IMG/VR virus record: IMGVR_UViG_3300032235_000623
Coordinates: 32,001-96,000 of that record
Strand: one strand, 5' to 3'
DNA: 64,000 bases
DNA from: a virus
Below, piece after piece: positions 49,321-59,830 of the stretch. The number at the start of each line of letters is the position of its first letter. The stretch's first letter is position 1. Below the pieces are notes generated by a model. The model worked only from the letters and a program-made list of their open reading frames with translations. It was not told the origin of the DNA and made no database searches. A program made the position numbers and the translations under genes.

Positions 49321-51675
49321 ATGGCAACAGTAAGAATTCAATTAAGAAGAGGCACAGCAGCAGAATGGACAGCTGCAAATCCTGTATTGGCCGCAGGCGA
49401 AATGGGTCTGGAGACAGACACAGGCGATTTTAAATTTGGTGATGGCTCATCAGCCTGGGGTGCTTTAAGCTATTCTCTAGGCAATGCAATTGATGACTAT
49501 ATCCCGCTTTCAGAAAAGGGTAATCCAGATGGAGTTGCAACACTTAACTCACAAGGATTAATTCCTGTAGAGCAGTTGCCAGCAGCTGCAGCCCTAGAAG
49601 TTGAGGTAGCATCTTCAATTTCAGATCACAATTCAGATACCACAAACGTACACGGTATTACTGATACATCTATTCTTGTAACAACAACAGGAAATCAAAC
49701 TTTAACCTCTAAGAGCTTGACATCACCAGCTCTTACAGGAACACCAACTGCCCCTACTGCAAATGTTGGAACAGACACAACTCAAATTGCAACAACAGCA
49801 TTCGTTCAGGATGCAATTGAGGCAGTTGTTGGAGCAGCACCAGAAGCATTGAACACCTTAGCAGAAATTGCTACATCCCTAAATGATGACGCAGATCTAG
49901 CTGGTACACTAACCACATCAATTGGTACAAAGGTCTCAAAGGCTGGAGATACAATGAGCGGGGTTCTTGATATGGGCTCTAACAAGGTAACAAACCTTGG
50001 AACACCTACATCAAATTTTGATGCTGCAAGCAAGTATTATGTAGATTCAAGAGTAGCTGGAGATGTCGGCGACCACAATGATTTAACAACAAATGTACAT
50101 GGTATTGGAGACACAGCTGATCTAGTTTTGACATCAGACTCTAGACTATCAGACGAAAGAACACCACTTAATGATTCTGTAAGCACTGCAAAGCTAAGCA
50201 ATAATGCAGTTGCAACAGCAAAGATTGAAAATGGCGCAGTTTCAGCAGATAAAATTGGAACAGATGCCGTAACAGAAGTTAAGATAATTAATGGAGCAGT
50301 TACAGCAGCAAAGATTGCTGACTACGCAGTTACAACAGAAAAAATTGCTGATTTAAATGTAACAGAGTCAAAACTTAATACAGGATCTGTAACTGAAGAC
50401 AAAATTGCAACAGATGCAGTAACAGAATTAAAGATTGCTGACGGTTCAGTAACATCTGCTAAAATTGCATCAAGCGGAGTAGAGACAGCAAATATTGCTG
50501 GTCTAGCCGTAACAGATGCAAAGATTGCTGACGATGCAGTTACAACAGCAAAAATTGCTGATTCAAACGTAACAGAGTCAAAGATTAATACAGGAGCAGT
50601 AACTGAAGGTAAAATTGGAGCTGGCGCAGTAACAGAATTAAAGATTGCAGATGGCTCAGTAACCTCAGCAAAGATTGCTAATGGAACAATTGTCGATGGA
50701 GACATTTCAACAGTAGCAGCAATTGCTCAGTCAAAGATTGATGGACTTACATCTGATCTTGCTGCCAAGGCGCTAGATTCAGATTTAGATGCACACACAT
50801 CAGCAACAACTTCAGTTCATGGCATTGCTGACACTTCAGTACTTGCAACAGATTCTGAAGTAGCTGCTGCACAGACTGCAGCGCAAAATTTTGCAACATC
50901 TGCAATCTCAACACACAATTCAGACACAACAAATGTGCATGGAATAGTTGATACGAGCAAGCTTGTTACAACAGATGCACAGTCTACAACTTTAGATGGA
51001 GCATTAACAGTTCAGGGAGACCTTACTGTTAATGGTACAACATTTAGCGCATCTGCAACATCTATTACAATTGAAGATAATATGGTTCAGCTTGCTCATC
51101 AAAATTCAGCAAATACAGTAGACTTAGGTCTTGTAGTTGCATATAACGATGGAACAGCTAAGCATGCAGGTATTGTAAGAGATGTATCTGACTCTAAGTG
51201 GAAGCTTTTCAAGGGTGTTACAACAGAGCCATCAACTACAGTTGACTTTACACAAGGATCACTCGATGACCTTGCAGTAGCAGGACTTACTGCAACAACA
51301 GTAACACCATCATCTGGTGTAGTGTTTACAGATGGAACACAGACAAAAGCTGGAGTACCATCAATAACACCAATAACAGAAAAGACATCAAACTATACAC
51401 TTTCAAGTCTTTCTGAAAGAGACACTCTTATTGAGGTAAACCACACAGGAGGATCTGCCGTAACTATCACAGTTCCAGCTGACTCTTCAGTAAATTACCC
51501 AGTAGGAACATCCATAGATATTTTAAGAACAAATACTGGAGAAGTAACAATTGCTGGCTCAGGTGCTACAATTAATGCTACACCAGGCTTAAAGTTAAGA
51601 GCTCAGTGGTCAAGCGCAACTCTATTTAAGAGAGCAGCAAACACATGGGTATTATTCGGAGATCTAAAGGCATAA
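49321..51675 (+). CDS. long tail fibre with Mtd_N-like head-binding domain and 10-aa (AVTxAKIAD) repeats
   Basis: RIQLRRGTAAEW...NPVLAAGE.G.ETDT..FKFGDG; decapeptide repeats ~50170-50700. Confidence 0.85.
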   Translation: MATVRIQLRRGTAAEWTAANPVLAAGEMGLETDTGDFKFGDGSSAWGALSYSLGNAIDDYIPLSEKGNPDGVATLNSQGLIPVEQLPAAAALEVEVASSISDHNSDTTNVHGITDTSILVTTTGNQTLTSKSLTSPALTGTPTAPTANVGTDTTQIATTAFVQDAIEAVVGAAPEALNTLAEIATSLNDDADLAGTLTTSIGTKVSKAGDTMSGVLDMGSNKVTNLGTPTSNFDAASKYYVDSRVAGDVGDHNDLTTNVHGIGDTADLVLTSDSRLSDERTPLNDSVSTAKLSNNAVATAKIENGAVSADKIGTDAVTEVKIINGAVTAAKIADYAVTTEKIADLNVTESKLNTGSVTEDKIATDAVTELKIADGSVTSAKIASSGVETANIAGLAVTDAKIADDAVTTAKIADSNVTESKINTGAVTEGKIGAGAVTELKIADGSVTSAKIANGTIVDGDISTVAAIAQSKIDGLTSDLAAKALDSDLDAHTSATTSVHGIADTSVLATDSEVAAAQTAAQNFATSAISTHNSDTTNVHGIVDTSKLVTTDAQSTTLDGALTVQGDLTVNGTTFSASATSITIEDNMVQLAHQNSANTVDLGLVVAYNDGTAKHAGIVRDVSDSKWKLFKGVTTEPSTTVDFTQGSLDDLAVAGLTATTVTPSSGVVFTDGTQTKAGVPSITPITEKTSNYTLSSLSERDTLIEVNHTGGSAVTITVPADSSVNYPVGTSIDILRTNTGEVTIAGSGATINATPGLKLRAQWSSATLFKRAANTWVLFGDLKA

Positions 51676-51685
51676 GGAGCAAACA

Positions 51686-53047
51686 ATGGCAATTAATAAA
51701 AGATCGGGTACAGGTTCTTCAGCACAAGATAACTTTATTGGACCAAATCCAGTAACAGGTCTAACAGCTACAAATGTAGGGTCTGGTAGATCATACAACG
51801 ATGGCAGAATTGACTTATCTTGGACAAATCCTACAAATGGCAATACGCCAACAGGATATAAGATTATTAGAGGCGGTACAGAAATTGCAACTGTTTCTCA
51901 TCCAAATAATACTTATTCAAATACAGGCTTATCGTCTAATACAGGCTACTCTTATGTAGTTCGTGCTTACGATGATTATGCTACATCTGCTGATTCAAAT
52001 ACAGCAACAGCAACCGCAACAACAGTTCCAGCTACAATGAGCTCTCCAACTGCCACCGCAGGAGTAGACAAAGATACGCTTTCTTGGTCAGCGCCTGCAG
52101 ATGGTGGATCAGCCATCACGCTATATAGATGGACATCAAGCGACGGAAAGTCTGGAACATTTTCAGCAGGCTCAACATCTGGTGATGTATCTCAAGAAGC
52201 AAATACGGCTCAAACATATCAGATTAGAGCAGAGAATCTAAATGGAGCAGGAGTATATTCAGGAAATTCAAATTCTGTAACTACACAGGCACCAAGCTTC
52301 TTCGGACCTCCTAGCTTCTTCTCGCCTCCAGGATTCTTCGGACCACCAAACTTCTTCGGTCCTCCAGGATTCTTCGGACCACCAAACTTCTTTGGTCCTC
52401 CAAGCTTCTTCGGTCCTCCAGGATTCTTCGGTCCTCCAGGATTCTTCGGTCCTCCAGGATTCTTCGGTCCTCCAGGATTCTTCGCACCACCATCATTCTA
52501 TAAGAGCGTTGGAATCAATACTCTTCTTAGAACACCTACAGGAATGATTTCTGCAGGACAAATTGAGGTGGGAGATGAAGTTATAGGATTGCGTATCCCA
52601 GGGATACCAGATAACTTCTGGCTTCTAGATGACGGATCAGGTGGAACATATTCTGATTATGTTATTACTCAAGAACAGATTGATAATGCAGAAGAAACTG
52701 TTGTTACTGTTCAAGGAAAAGCTCTTCACGAGAATTCTGGAGCAGTAGTAGTAAATGGTGATATTTATACACTTCATCACTATATCTTGGCTAAAAGAGA
52801 TAATGATATTAGAGTCTTAAACGTTTCTGATTTAGTCAATACAGATTTAGTTTATAATTATCAGACAAAAGATTTTGTTGCTATAGAGTCTCTTGAAACA
52901 AACTCTGAGATAACAATTCAGTCATATTCTATAAACGTAGAGCCTTGGGACTTCTACTTTACAGAAAACGGTCTAACTTTTGACATGCAAGCTCTTTCAG
53001 AGCATCTGTTTGGATCAAACGATCCAGATGGCCCTGGCCCCCTATAA
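51686..53047 (+). CDS. FN3 domains + (PPxFFG)x12 repeat + C-terminal Hint (intein-like) domain
   Basis: LSW/YVVRA FN3 motifs; [20 protein letters not shown] block A; TLHH block B; YSINVE..YFTENG block F. Confidence 0.8.
   Translation: MAINKRSGTGSSAQDNFIGPNPVTGLTATNVGSGRSYNDGRIDLSWTNPTNGNTPTGYKIIRGGTEIATVSHPNNTYSNTGLSSNTGYSYVVRAYDDYATSADSNTATATATTVPATMSSPTATAGVDKDTLSWSAPADGGSAITLYRWTSSDGKSGTFSAGSTSGDVSQEANTAQTYQIRAENLNGAGVYSGNSNSVTTQAPSFFGPPSFFSPPGFFGPPNFFGPPGFFGPPNFFGPPSFFGPPGFFGPPGFFGPPGFFGPPGFFAPPSFYKSVGINTLLRTPTGMISAGQIEVGDEVIGLRIPGIPDNFWLLDDGSGGTYSDYVITQEQIDNAEETVVTVQGKALHENSGAVVVNGDIYTLHHYILAKRDNDIRVLNVSDLVNTDLVYNYQTKDFVAIESLETNSEITIQSYSINVEPWDFYFTENGLTFDMQALSEHLFGSNDPDGPGPL
52289..52504 (+). 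repeat. coding 18-bp tandem repeat, 12 units
   Basis: Consensus CCTCCAGGATTCTTCGGT = PPGFFG. Confidence 0.95.
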
Positions 53048-53056
53048 TCAATATAG

Positions 53057-53599
53057 GTGAAATTTAAAATAACCAGTACTGGTGAGGAGATAGAGAAATC
53101 TATCTCCTATCAGTCTTTTCCAGATGAACTTTATAAAGAAGGAATTTGGGGTCATTTTGCATTTATAGAAAATAGAGAAATGAATATACGGGTAATATGT
53201 TCTGCTTATAATAATGATAGATATTTACCAGGTACTGTTGTTGTTTCTAATAAAATATTTAATGATTTCCCTATTGCTCAGAGTGCTTGGAATATAAATA
53301 ATAAAATTAGCCGTATGTACGTAGACCCATTTTATAGAAGCAAAAAAGTTGCAACATATAGTGTTATAACAAATGACATGTTGGCTAGAAAAATGGGTTA
53401 CGAGATATGGTCCAACATATATGGAGAAAGAGGCGGAACCCTTGCGGGAGACCAACTATATAATAGAATATACGAGCTAGGTTTTGAGAATGTGAAAGTA
53501 GATATAGATCCTAATGACATTTTCCAGTATAGAAATTTTTCTCATCCAATACACTACATAGATAAGAGGCCAGTATACGATGAATCAACTTTACAGTAA
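53057..53599 (+). CDS. GNAT-like acyltransferase
   Basis: RMYVDPFYRSKKVAT resembles motif A. Confidence 0.55.
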   Translation: MKFKITSTGEEIEKSISYQSFPDELYKEGIWGHFAFIENREMNIRVICSAYNNDRYLPGTVVVSNKIFNDFPIAQSAWNINNKISRMYVDPFYRSKKVATYSVITNDMLARKMGYEIWSNIYGERGGTLAGDQLYNRIYELGFENVKVDIDPNDIFQYRNFSHPIHYIDKRPVYDESTLQ

Positions 53600-54152
53600 A
53601 ACAAAGTTTATAAAAAAGAATATTGATATTGATTTTGATTTAGAAGACATTAAAAATATGTCTTTTAAAAAAGATGAGTTGTTTTTTGTTAAAGATGGCG
53701 ACCTTAACAAGGAAAATGAAATTATCCATAAATCAAAAAATATATTTACAACATACTCTAGCAGCTCATATAGTTTATATAAAGGTATATCTTATTTGTT
53801 AAGAGAAGCTTGTCTTTTGTATGACATAAATAAAGATGTACAGGACTATATGATCTACGGCAAGATTTCAAAGTATGGGGATTATAATAAAGGAATATGG
53901 TATGATTTCCCAGGAATTAATATACCATACCTTCACGGATTCTTTTTCTTTGACTCCAGCTATGAGGTAAACTTTAAGAATCAAAATAATTTAGTTACAG
54001 AAAAAGTAGAAGGCAATACAGTTATTATTAACAAGCCAACTGATTTAATAAATATTAAATCAGAAAAAGACTCAGAAATTATTGAGTTCTATATAGTTCC
54101 AAACGATATGCTTAAACATAATGAACCAGGTGTATGGGTTCCAATTCTATAG
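53580..54152 (+). CDS. hypothetical protein, possibly degenerate DSBH fold
   Basis: Context; no intact HxD..H. Confidence 0.5.
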   Translation: MNQLYSKTKFIKKNIDIDFDLEDIKNMSFKKDELFFVKDGDLNKENEIIHKSKNIFTTYSSSSYSLYKGISYLLREACLLYDINKDVQDYMIYGKISKYGDYNKGIWYDFPGINIPYLHGFFFFDSSYEVNFKNQNNLVTEKVEGNTVIINKPTDLINIKSEKDSEIIEFYIVPNDMLKHNEPGVWVPIL

Positions 54153-54188
54153 TAGAAATGATATAATATACAAAAGAAAAGAGGCAGT

Positions 54189-54887
54189 ATGTTAGAAAAT
54201 GCAGAATTTTTAGCCATGGGCGTTGTTGTCTATAGAAATGCTTTTAAGGACAGCGCAGAATATATTCAGAGAATTGAGAGTGCTCTTGGTTCAGAAGAAA
54301 ATACAAAGTACGGTTGGAAGCCAGGTTATACTGGGTACGGAGCAAAAAATCTAAATTATAGAGACTGTGTAGATTTTAAGATTAAATATAATCAGGATGG
54401 CTCACTTAGTGCACATATGGACTGTGTTCAAAAAGATGACTTAACTGATATTGATAGAGATTTAATTAGAATTTGGGAAGATGCATATTACGCACAACTT
54501 GGTCCAGTAGACGACTATCGTAATATGTTTGGGCTTGCACCATTGAAGTATTGGGAATCATTTAATTTTATTAAGTATGGTCCAGGACAGCACTTCCAGG
54601 TTCACTCAGATCATGGATATTCATATACATGTGTGCTTTCTTCAGTAGGATATCTGAATGATGATTATGAGGGCGGAGAGTTGTTCTTTGACAAGCTAAA
54701 TCTTAAGATTAAGCCAAAGGCTGGAGATCTTTATCTTTTCCCATCATCATATGTATATTCACATGCAGCAATGCCAGTTACATCAGGGACAAAGTACTCT
54801 ATAGTAACGATGTTAGATTACTTAGAAACAGCACACACTCCAGAATACAGGGATCTAGAGTCTAGATATTCTAAAAGCCTATTGTAA
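54189..54887 (+). CDS. 2OG-Fe(II) dioxygenase (P4H-like)
   Basis: HSD, YLNDDYEGGEL, HAA.PV.SG.KY. Confidence 0.9.
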   Translation: MLENAEFLAMGVVVYRNAFKDSAEYIQRIESALGSEENTKYGWKPGYTGYGAKNLNYRDCVDFKIKYNQDGSLSAHMDCVQKDDLTDIDRDLIRIWEDAYYAQLGPVDDYRNMFGLAPLKYWESFNFIKYGPGQHFQVHSDHGYSYTCVLSSVGYLNDDYEGGELFFDKLNLKIKPKAGDLYLFPSSYVYSHAAMPVTSGTKYSIVTMLDYLETAHTPEYRDLESRYSKSLL

Positions 54888-55582
54888 TGTATTCAATTAC
54901 AGGGTATCAGATATCTGAATCTGCTGATATCTATCCTTCCCCAGTAAAAAGAGACTGGATGGATAGTACTCATGATAGGCATGCCTATAATTGTTTTCCA
55001 GTAACCATAACAAATTCTTTAGGCTGGAGCGTATCATTTCCAGAAGAGATATCATTTATTTGGGATGGAATATCTGATAGCTCATCCGAACACGTCAAGG
55101 TGCTATCTGGAGAGAAATATGTGTCTACAAGACGTGCAAATGGCACTATAAGCTTTAATGCAGGACTTGGATTTCAAACAGATTCAAATTTAAGTCTTTT
55201 ATGCATACCAACTCCAAATTTGTTTACAAGAGGCGCACAGTGTTTTACAACATTAATCAGCACTTCTTTTTTTCATGGAGATTTTCCAATTGTATGGAAA
55301 ATTACTGAGCCTATGCACAAGATCACCATTCCAGCAAATACGCCAATTGCAAATATCATTCCAATATCTTTAACTGAGTTGCAAGGTTCAGAAATTAATT
55401 TTAAAAGTCTAGAAGAAATGCCTCCAAGCAAATGTGATGACGCAACAACAATGAAGGCTATAAACGATATAGTTTCTTCTGGAAATTGGACAAATTTTTA
55501 TAGGGATGCAGTAGATGCTTGTGGCAATTCCATTGGGGAGCATGAAGTAAAGTCGATAAGATTAAGAGTTAATAATGCCTAA
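54887..55582 (+). CDS. DUF6065-like protein
   Basis: RDWMD.T...AYNCFP....N.LGW. Confidence 0.65.
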   Translation: MYSITGYQISESADIYPSPVKRDWMDSTHDRHAYNCFPVTITNSLGWSVSFPEEISFIWDGISDSSSEHVKVLSGEKYVSTRRANGTISFNAGLGFQTDSNLSLLCIPTPNLFTRGAQCFTTLISTSFFHGDFPIVWKITEPMHKITIPANTPIANIIPISLTELQGSEINFKSLEEMPPSKCDDATTMKAINDIVSSGNWTNFYRDAVDACGNSIGEHEVKSIRLRVNNA

Positions 55583-56288
55583 AATAACATTTCATTCAAA
55601 TAAAGTATATAATCAACCAGGAGATCAACTAAATCCACAGCCAGCAAAAAAAGCTGTCCCCCAGTGGTTTTCTGAATCTAGCAGATATTGGTTTCCAGAA
55701 AATAAAGATTCTCTTTCGTTTAAAGCATGCCCAGCTTTAGTTGACGCATTTTTATGCGGGTATGTTTTAAAAACACCATGCGATATTTATTTTTATAAAG
55801 AGTCGTACTCAGACGTATTTAAACATACAGATACATTTAAAGTTGTAAAAGAGCCAGGGTATGATGATTTTTGTTGTTCAAGACCAGACATGCAAGGTTT
55901 TCCAAAGCCCCATGGATTTGATAAACACTTCCACTGGTTTCCTAATTGGATGCCAGGCCTAGAGCCTGGTTATAGTGCTTTATATGTACATCCACTAAAT
56001 CGTTTCGATCTACCGTTCACTACCATCTCTGGTATAATTGATAACGATAAGATGGATACTCCTGGCTTAATGCCATTTTTCTTAAAAGAAGGTTTTGAGG
56101 GGTTGATTCCAAAAGGAACTCCCTTTGTTCAAATAATTCCTTTCAAGAGAGAAGACTGGGAGTCAGAAGAAAAGATGTACTCAATAGAAGAGATTTACGA
56201 AAGACATAATTATCAAGCAAATAAATTTAGAGTCCCAGAAGGCGGGGCTTATAAGAAAAAAGTTTGGTCAAGAAAGAGGTACGATTAA
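55575..56288 (+). CDS. DUF6065-related/dUTPase-fold-like protein
   Basis: KACP...D....GY, SGIIDND, IPKGTP.VQIIPFKRE. Confidence 0.55.
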   Translation: MPKITFHSNKVYNQPGDQLNPQPAKKAVPQWFSESSRYWFPENKDSLSFKACPALVDAFLCGYVLKTPCDIYFYKESYSDVFKHTDTFKVVKEPGYDDFCCSRPDMQGFPKPHGFDKHFHWFPNWMPGLEPGYSALYVHPLNRFDLPFTTISGIIDNDKMDTPGLMPFFLKEGFEGLIPKGTPFVQIIPFKREDWESEEKMYSIEEIYERHNYQANKFRVPEGGAYKKKVWSRKRYD

Positions 56289-57007
56289 TGAATATGAAGG
56301 TTTGGGATACAAGCGGTAACCTAGCAAACTATAATGCAAAATCTATAACTCCATCAGGATTTTTTGGAACTTCAGATAAAAATATTGTAGAGGTTGAAAA
56401 CTTTATAACAGAAGAAGAAAACGAAGTGTACCTAGAATTTGCAAGAAAAAATTCTTCTTTTGACGATACTCCAACTGAGTTTAATGAAAATGGAAATGTT
56501 ATATATGATGAAAGACCGTGGGTTAACAGAGTAGCTACTGGGGATAACTTATTAAAAAATGGAGCACACGTCATACCAGTTTTAACAAAAATGGTAGAGC
56601 GTTTTCAAAAGGTTATTGAGGAGTTCTTTGAAGTAGAGGTAATACCAACTGGACCAGCTATTGTTAGATGGCCAGTAAATGCTAGACAAGAGCCTCATGC
56701 TGATAAAGAGTTGCATGAAGGTCCAGATGCAGGTAAGCCAAATTCTTTCCCATGGTATGATCTTGGAACTGTATTTTATTTTAATGATGACTATGAAGGC
56801 GGAGAATTATACTTTCCAAAACAAGGAATTGAGTTCAAGCCAAAAGCACGAGCTGTTTATTTCTTCCCAGGTGATATGAATTATATACATGGAGTTAGAC
56901 CAATAACTAAGGGTTGTAGGTATACTGCTCCATATTTTTGGACGATTACAAAGTTGCCAGAAAAGTATAACGGCCCAAAGGAGTTTAAGTATGAGCCAAA
57001 TAACTAA
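56288..57007 (+). CDS. 2OG-Fe(II) dioxygenase (P4H-like)
   Basis: HAD, NDDYEGGEL, HGV.PI..G.RY. Confidence 0.9.
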   Translation: MNMKVWDTSGNLANYNAKSITPSGFFGTSDKNIVEVENFITEEENEVYLEFARKNSSFDDTPTEFNENGNVIYDERPWVNRVATGDNLLKNGAHVIPVLTKMVERFQKVIEEFFEVEVIPTGPAIVRWPVNARQEPHADKELHEGPDAGKPNSFPWYDLGTVFYFNDDYEGGELYFPKQGIEFKPKARAVYFFPGDMNYIHGVRPITKGCRYTAPYFWTITKLPEKYNGPKEFKYEPNN

Positions 57008-57710
57008 GCATAAAGAAGAATGTTTTACCATTGAAAACTTTTTAACAGAGCATGAGTGCAAAGCAATAATAGCTTATACAGAGTGGCTTGTAGCAAACAA
57101 TATACTTGAGTGGAACCAAATCTCATTCTATGATTCATATGCTATGGGTTTTTGGCCATATGACGATAATCTTGAATACTTTGGATTACCAAAAAATTAT
57201 TTCCATGATGTTTTAAAATTAAAAATTAAAGATGCTTGTGAAAATGTTCTAGGTAAAGATGTAGCAGAAGTTAGCTATCATGCCCAAAAATGGTTGCCAG
57301 GGGCATACGCATCTTTTCATTCAGACAACTCTGACGAAGATGGTAACCCAACAGAATTTGAAAGAAGTAAGTATGCTGCATTTATATATTTAAATGAAGA
57401 CTTCTCTGGAGGTTATTTAAACTTTAAGCATCATGATGTTCATATAGATCCAAAACAAGGCATGTTAGCTATATTTGCTGGAGGACATACTAATGAGCAT
57501 GAGGTCACTAAGGTTCACGGTGGAACAAGATATACAATTGGATCTTTTTGGGATAACGCTGATATAGAGTACACTGAAGAGCAGATTAAAGAGCGTGAAG
57601 AAAGACTAAAAAAGACTAGAGCGGATCAAGATGAAATGTATAGAAAGTGGCAAGAAGAAAAAGAAAATGGCATTGTCCAAGAGTACACTGGAAAGTATGG
57701 TGAGAAGTGA
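56991..57710 (+). CDS. 2OG-Fe(II) dioxygenase (P4H-like)
   Basis: HSD, YLNEDFSGG, HEV..V.GG.RY. Confidence 0.9.
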   Translation: MSQITKHKEECFTIENFLTEHECKAIIAYTEWLVANNILEWNQISFYDSYAMGFWPYDDNLEYFGLPKNYFHDVLKLKIKDACENVLGKDVAEVSYHAQKWLPGAYASFHSDNSDEDGNPTEFERSKYAAFIYLNEDFSGGYLNFKHHDVHIDPKQGMLAIFAGGHTNEHEVTKVHGGTRYTIGSFWDNADIEYTEEQIKEREERLKKTRADQDEMYRKWQEEKENGIVQEYTGKYGEK

Positions 57711-58564
57711 ATAAGATAGAGATCTATCCAAGGGTGGTTGTTTATAAAAACACATTGCCAAGATGGAAAGAGTATATAGAATTATTGAAAAGATCAGAGT
57801 CTGAGCCACCAAGATATTATTTCCAAGACTGGGAAGACTGGTATGGATTTGGCAGAATGATGAATCTATCAATGAAGCATCCAGGTGTGCCTTACGAAGT
57901 AAACTCTGATGATGAATATGCATTGCTTCAAAAAGATTTTCTGCAAGATGTAACTAATGCATACTACGCAGCAAGCGCAGACTACGTACAGACATATGGT
58001 ATATCTTTACCTAATTGGGTAAATAATGGAATATCTATTTGCAAGTATTGGGAAAGCCCAAAACAAAATACAATGGCAATGCATTATCACACAGACTATG
58101 TTGGTGCTAATGCATCCGCCCCAGGCAAAAAATTTGCTATAACGTGCACAATTTATATAAATGACGACTACGATGGTGGCGGATTATCGTTTTTGAGAGA
58201 AGATACTGGAGACGTTATTGACTATAAGCCAGAAGCTGGCGACATAGTTGTGTTCCCATCAGGAGACCCAGTAACTGGGGCATCTCATTATTTTCACGGT
58301 GTTGATAGAGTCGATAATGGCGAAAAGTACTTCATTAGATGCTTTTGGTCTTATGAGTTTGAAGGCACAAAAGAGTGGCACGAAGGTGTAGAAAAATATG
58401 GTCAGGATGTATGGGAAGAAATGCAGCTTGAAAATATGAAGCAGGAGATAAAGTCTGGTAAGTGGCATAGGTATCTAGTCATGCCTGGGGAAGAGGATCC
58501 AAAAATAGAAAAATCTACTCCATTCTTTTTAAGGAGCAATGATGCTTATAAAAAGATTAGATGA
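57707..58564 (+). CDS. 2OG-Fe(II) dioxygenase (P4H-like)
   Basis: HTD, YINDDYDGG, HGV....G.KY. Confidence 0.9.
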   Translation: MNKIEIYPRVVVYKNTLPRWKEYIELLKRSESEPPRYYFQDWEDWYGFGRMMNLSMKHPGVPYEVNSDDEYALLQKDFLQDVTNAYYAASADYVQTYGISLPNWVNNGISICKYWESPKQNTMAMHYHTDYVGANASAPGKKFAITCTIYINDDYDGGGLSFLREDTGDVIDYKPEAGDIVVFPSGDPVTGASHYFHGVDRVDNGEKYFIRCFWSYEFEGTKEWHEGVEKYGQDVWEEMQLENMKQEIKSGKWHRYLVMPGEEDPKIEKSTPFFLRSNDAYKKIR

Positions 58565-59156
58565 AAATATTGTTTACTATGAGAATGTTTTAGAAAATCC
58601 ATATTCTTTTTTAGAAAAAATTGAAGAGCTAGATTCAAGTAATTCAAACATATCGCATTTAAGTAAGTGGGAAAAGTGGAGTGCTAGTAATTCAGATAAG
58701 CAGTATGGAATTACTAAAAATGGAACATTTTCTAATATGCAGTATGTTACAGAAGCAGACATAGAGACATCTTTTATATCTTATAAGATAAAAGCAATAA
58801 CAGACCTATGTTTTGCAAACTATAGACACCTTACTGGAGCAGAAATGCTAAAGCTGCCAGATTATTTTAGTATTAGAAAATATGATACTGGTGCAGATAT
58901 GGGCAGACATGTTGACTCTGAAGATCCAACCGATAAGTCTCACCCAGTTGTTTCTGGAGTGCTTTATCTAAATGATGATTATGAAGGCGGAGAAATTTAT
59001 TTTCCAGAACAGAATATAAAGATTAAGCCTTCTGCGGGAAGCATGATAATGTTTCCTTCCTATCGTCCATATTTTCATCATCCGTTAGAGATAACTAACG
59101 GTAATAAATACATGGTACCATTCTTCTGGTACCCATTAGAAACGGTTTGGGAATAA
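58539..59156 (+). CDS. 2OG-Fe(II) dioxygenase (P4H-like)
   Basis: HVD, YLNDDYEGGE, H....TNGNKY. Confidence 0.9.
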   Translation: MMLIKRLDENIVYYENVLENPYSFLEKIEELDSSNSNISHLSKWEKWSASNSDKQYGITKNGTFSNMQYVTEADIETSFISYKIKAITDLCFANYRHLTGAEMLKLPDYFSIRKYDTGADMGRHVDSEDPTDKSHPVVSGVLYLNDDYEGGEIYFPEQNIKIKPSAGSMIMFPSYRPYFHHPLEITNGNKYMVPFFWYPLETVWE

Positions 59157-59163
59157 ATGAATA

Positions 59164-59823
59164 ATGAAAGCAAAACAAAATTTTTGGTCAGCGCTATACG
59201 AAAGGTCACAGCCTAAAATGATGTACTTACCTAACATACTAGATGACAAATGTGTTTATTTTAGAAATACAATTTCAGAGCCACATAAACTAATAGAGTT
59301 TATTGAAGAGTGCGAAAACGATAAGTCTACTCATAAATATATATCAAACTGGGCGAGTCTTAGTAACGGAGTAGAATTTAAAAAGTTTTTATTAGAAGAT
59401 GGTGAAATGTCTGAAAGAATGAAGCAGAAAGTTCTATATATTTACAATAGCTTTCAGGCAGGAATTAATTATTGCAAAGAACACTATTCTAATTTTGCAA
59501 TGAAGGATACAACATCAACAAAACCACTGTATCTTTTTAAGTCAAAGCCATTAAGTAGTGTTCAAAGAGATCAAGAGTATAGTATTCCTTCAGGCCCAGA
59601 GTCTGTGTCAGTTTACCTAATGATGAATACAGAGGCAGATGGTAGAGCTTTTTGCGTAAACAAAGAAAGAAGCATCTACATATATCCTGAGCCTTGGAGC
59701 ATAATTATGATTCCAGATAATCTTTCTCATTCAGAAGGAATTAATGCCAATAATGATTTGTATTACTTAAAAACAAAGTTTGAGTTAGGTCCAGAAAAGC
59801 TGCAATGCAGTAATCTGCTATAA
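59164..59823 (+). CDS. degenerate dioxygenase paralogue lacking HxD
   Basis: N-terminus parallels 58539 product; only distal His retained. Confidence 0.55.
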   Translation: MKAKQNFWSALYERSQPKMMYLPNILDDKCVYFRNTISEPHKLIEFIEECENDKSTHKYISNWASLSNGVEFKKFLLEDGEMSERMKQKVLYIYNSFQAGINYCKEHYSNFAMKDTTSTKPLYLFKSKPLSSVQRDQEYSIPSGPESVSVYLMMNTEADGRAFCVNKERSIYIYPEPWSIIMIPDNLSHSEGINANNDLYYLKTKFELGPEKLQCSNLL

Positions 59824-59830
59824 TAAAACT

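Noticed and set aside
8384-50705. Long shadow ORFs (8384..8809, 8445..8882, 16856..17473, 44834..45238, 50322..50705 and similar)
   Set aside because: By-products of biased codons in low-complexity sense genes; no RBS or motifs.
49321-51675. Diversity-generating retroelement suggested by the Mtd_N-like domain
   Set aside because: No reverse transcriptase or template/variable repeat pair seen in the window.
52289-52504. CRISPR-like periodic repeat
   Set aside because: Tandem 18-bp units without spacers; variation is codon-structured and in frame.
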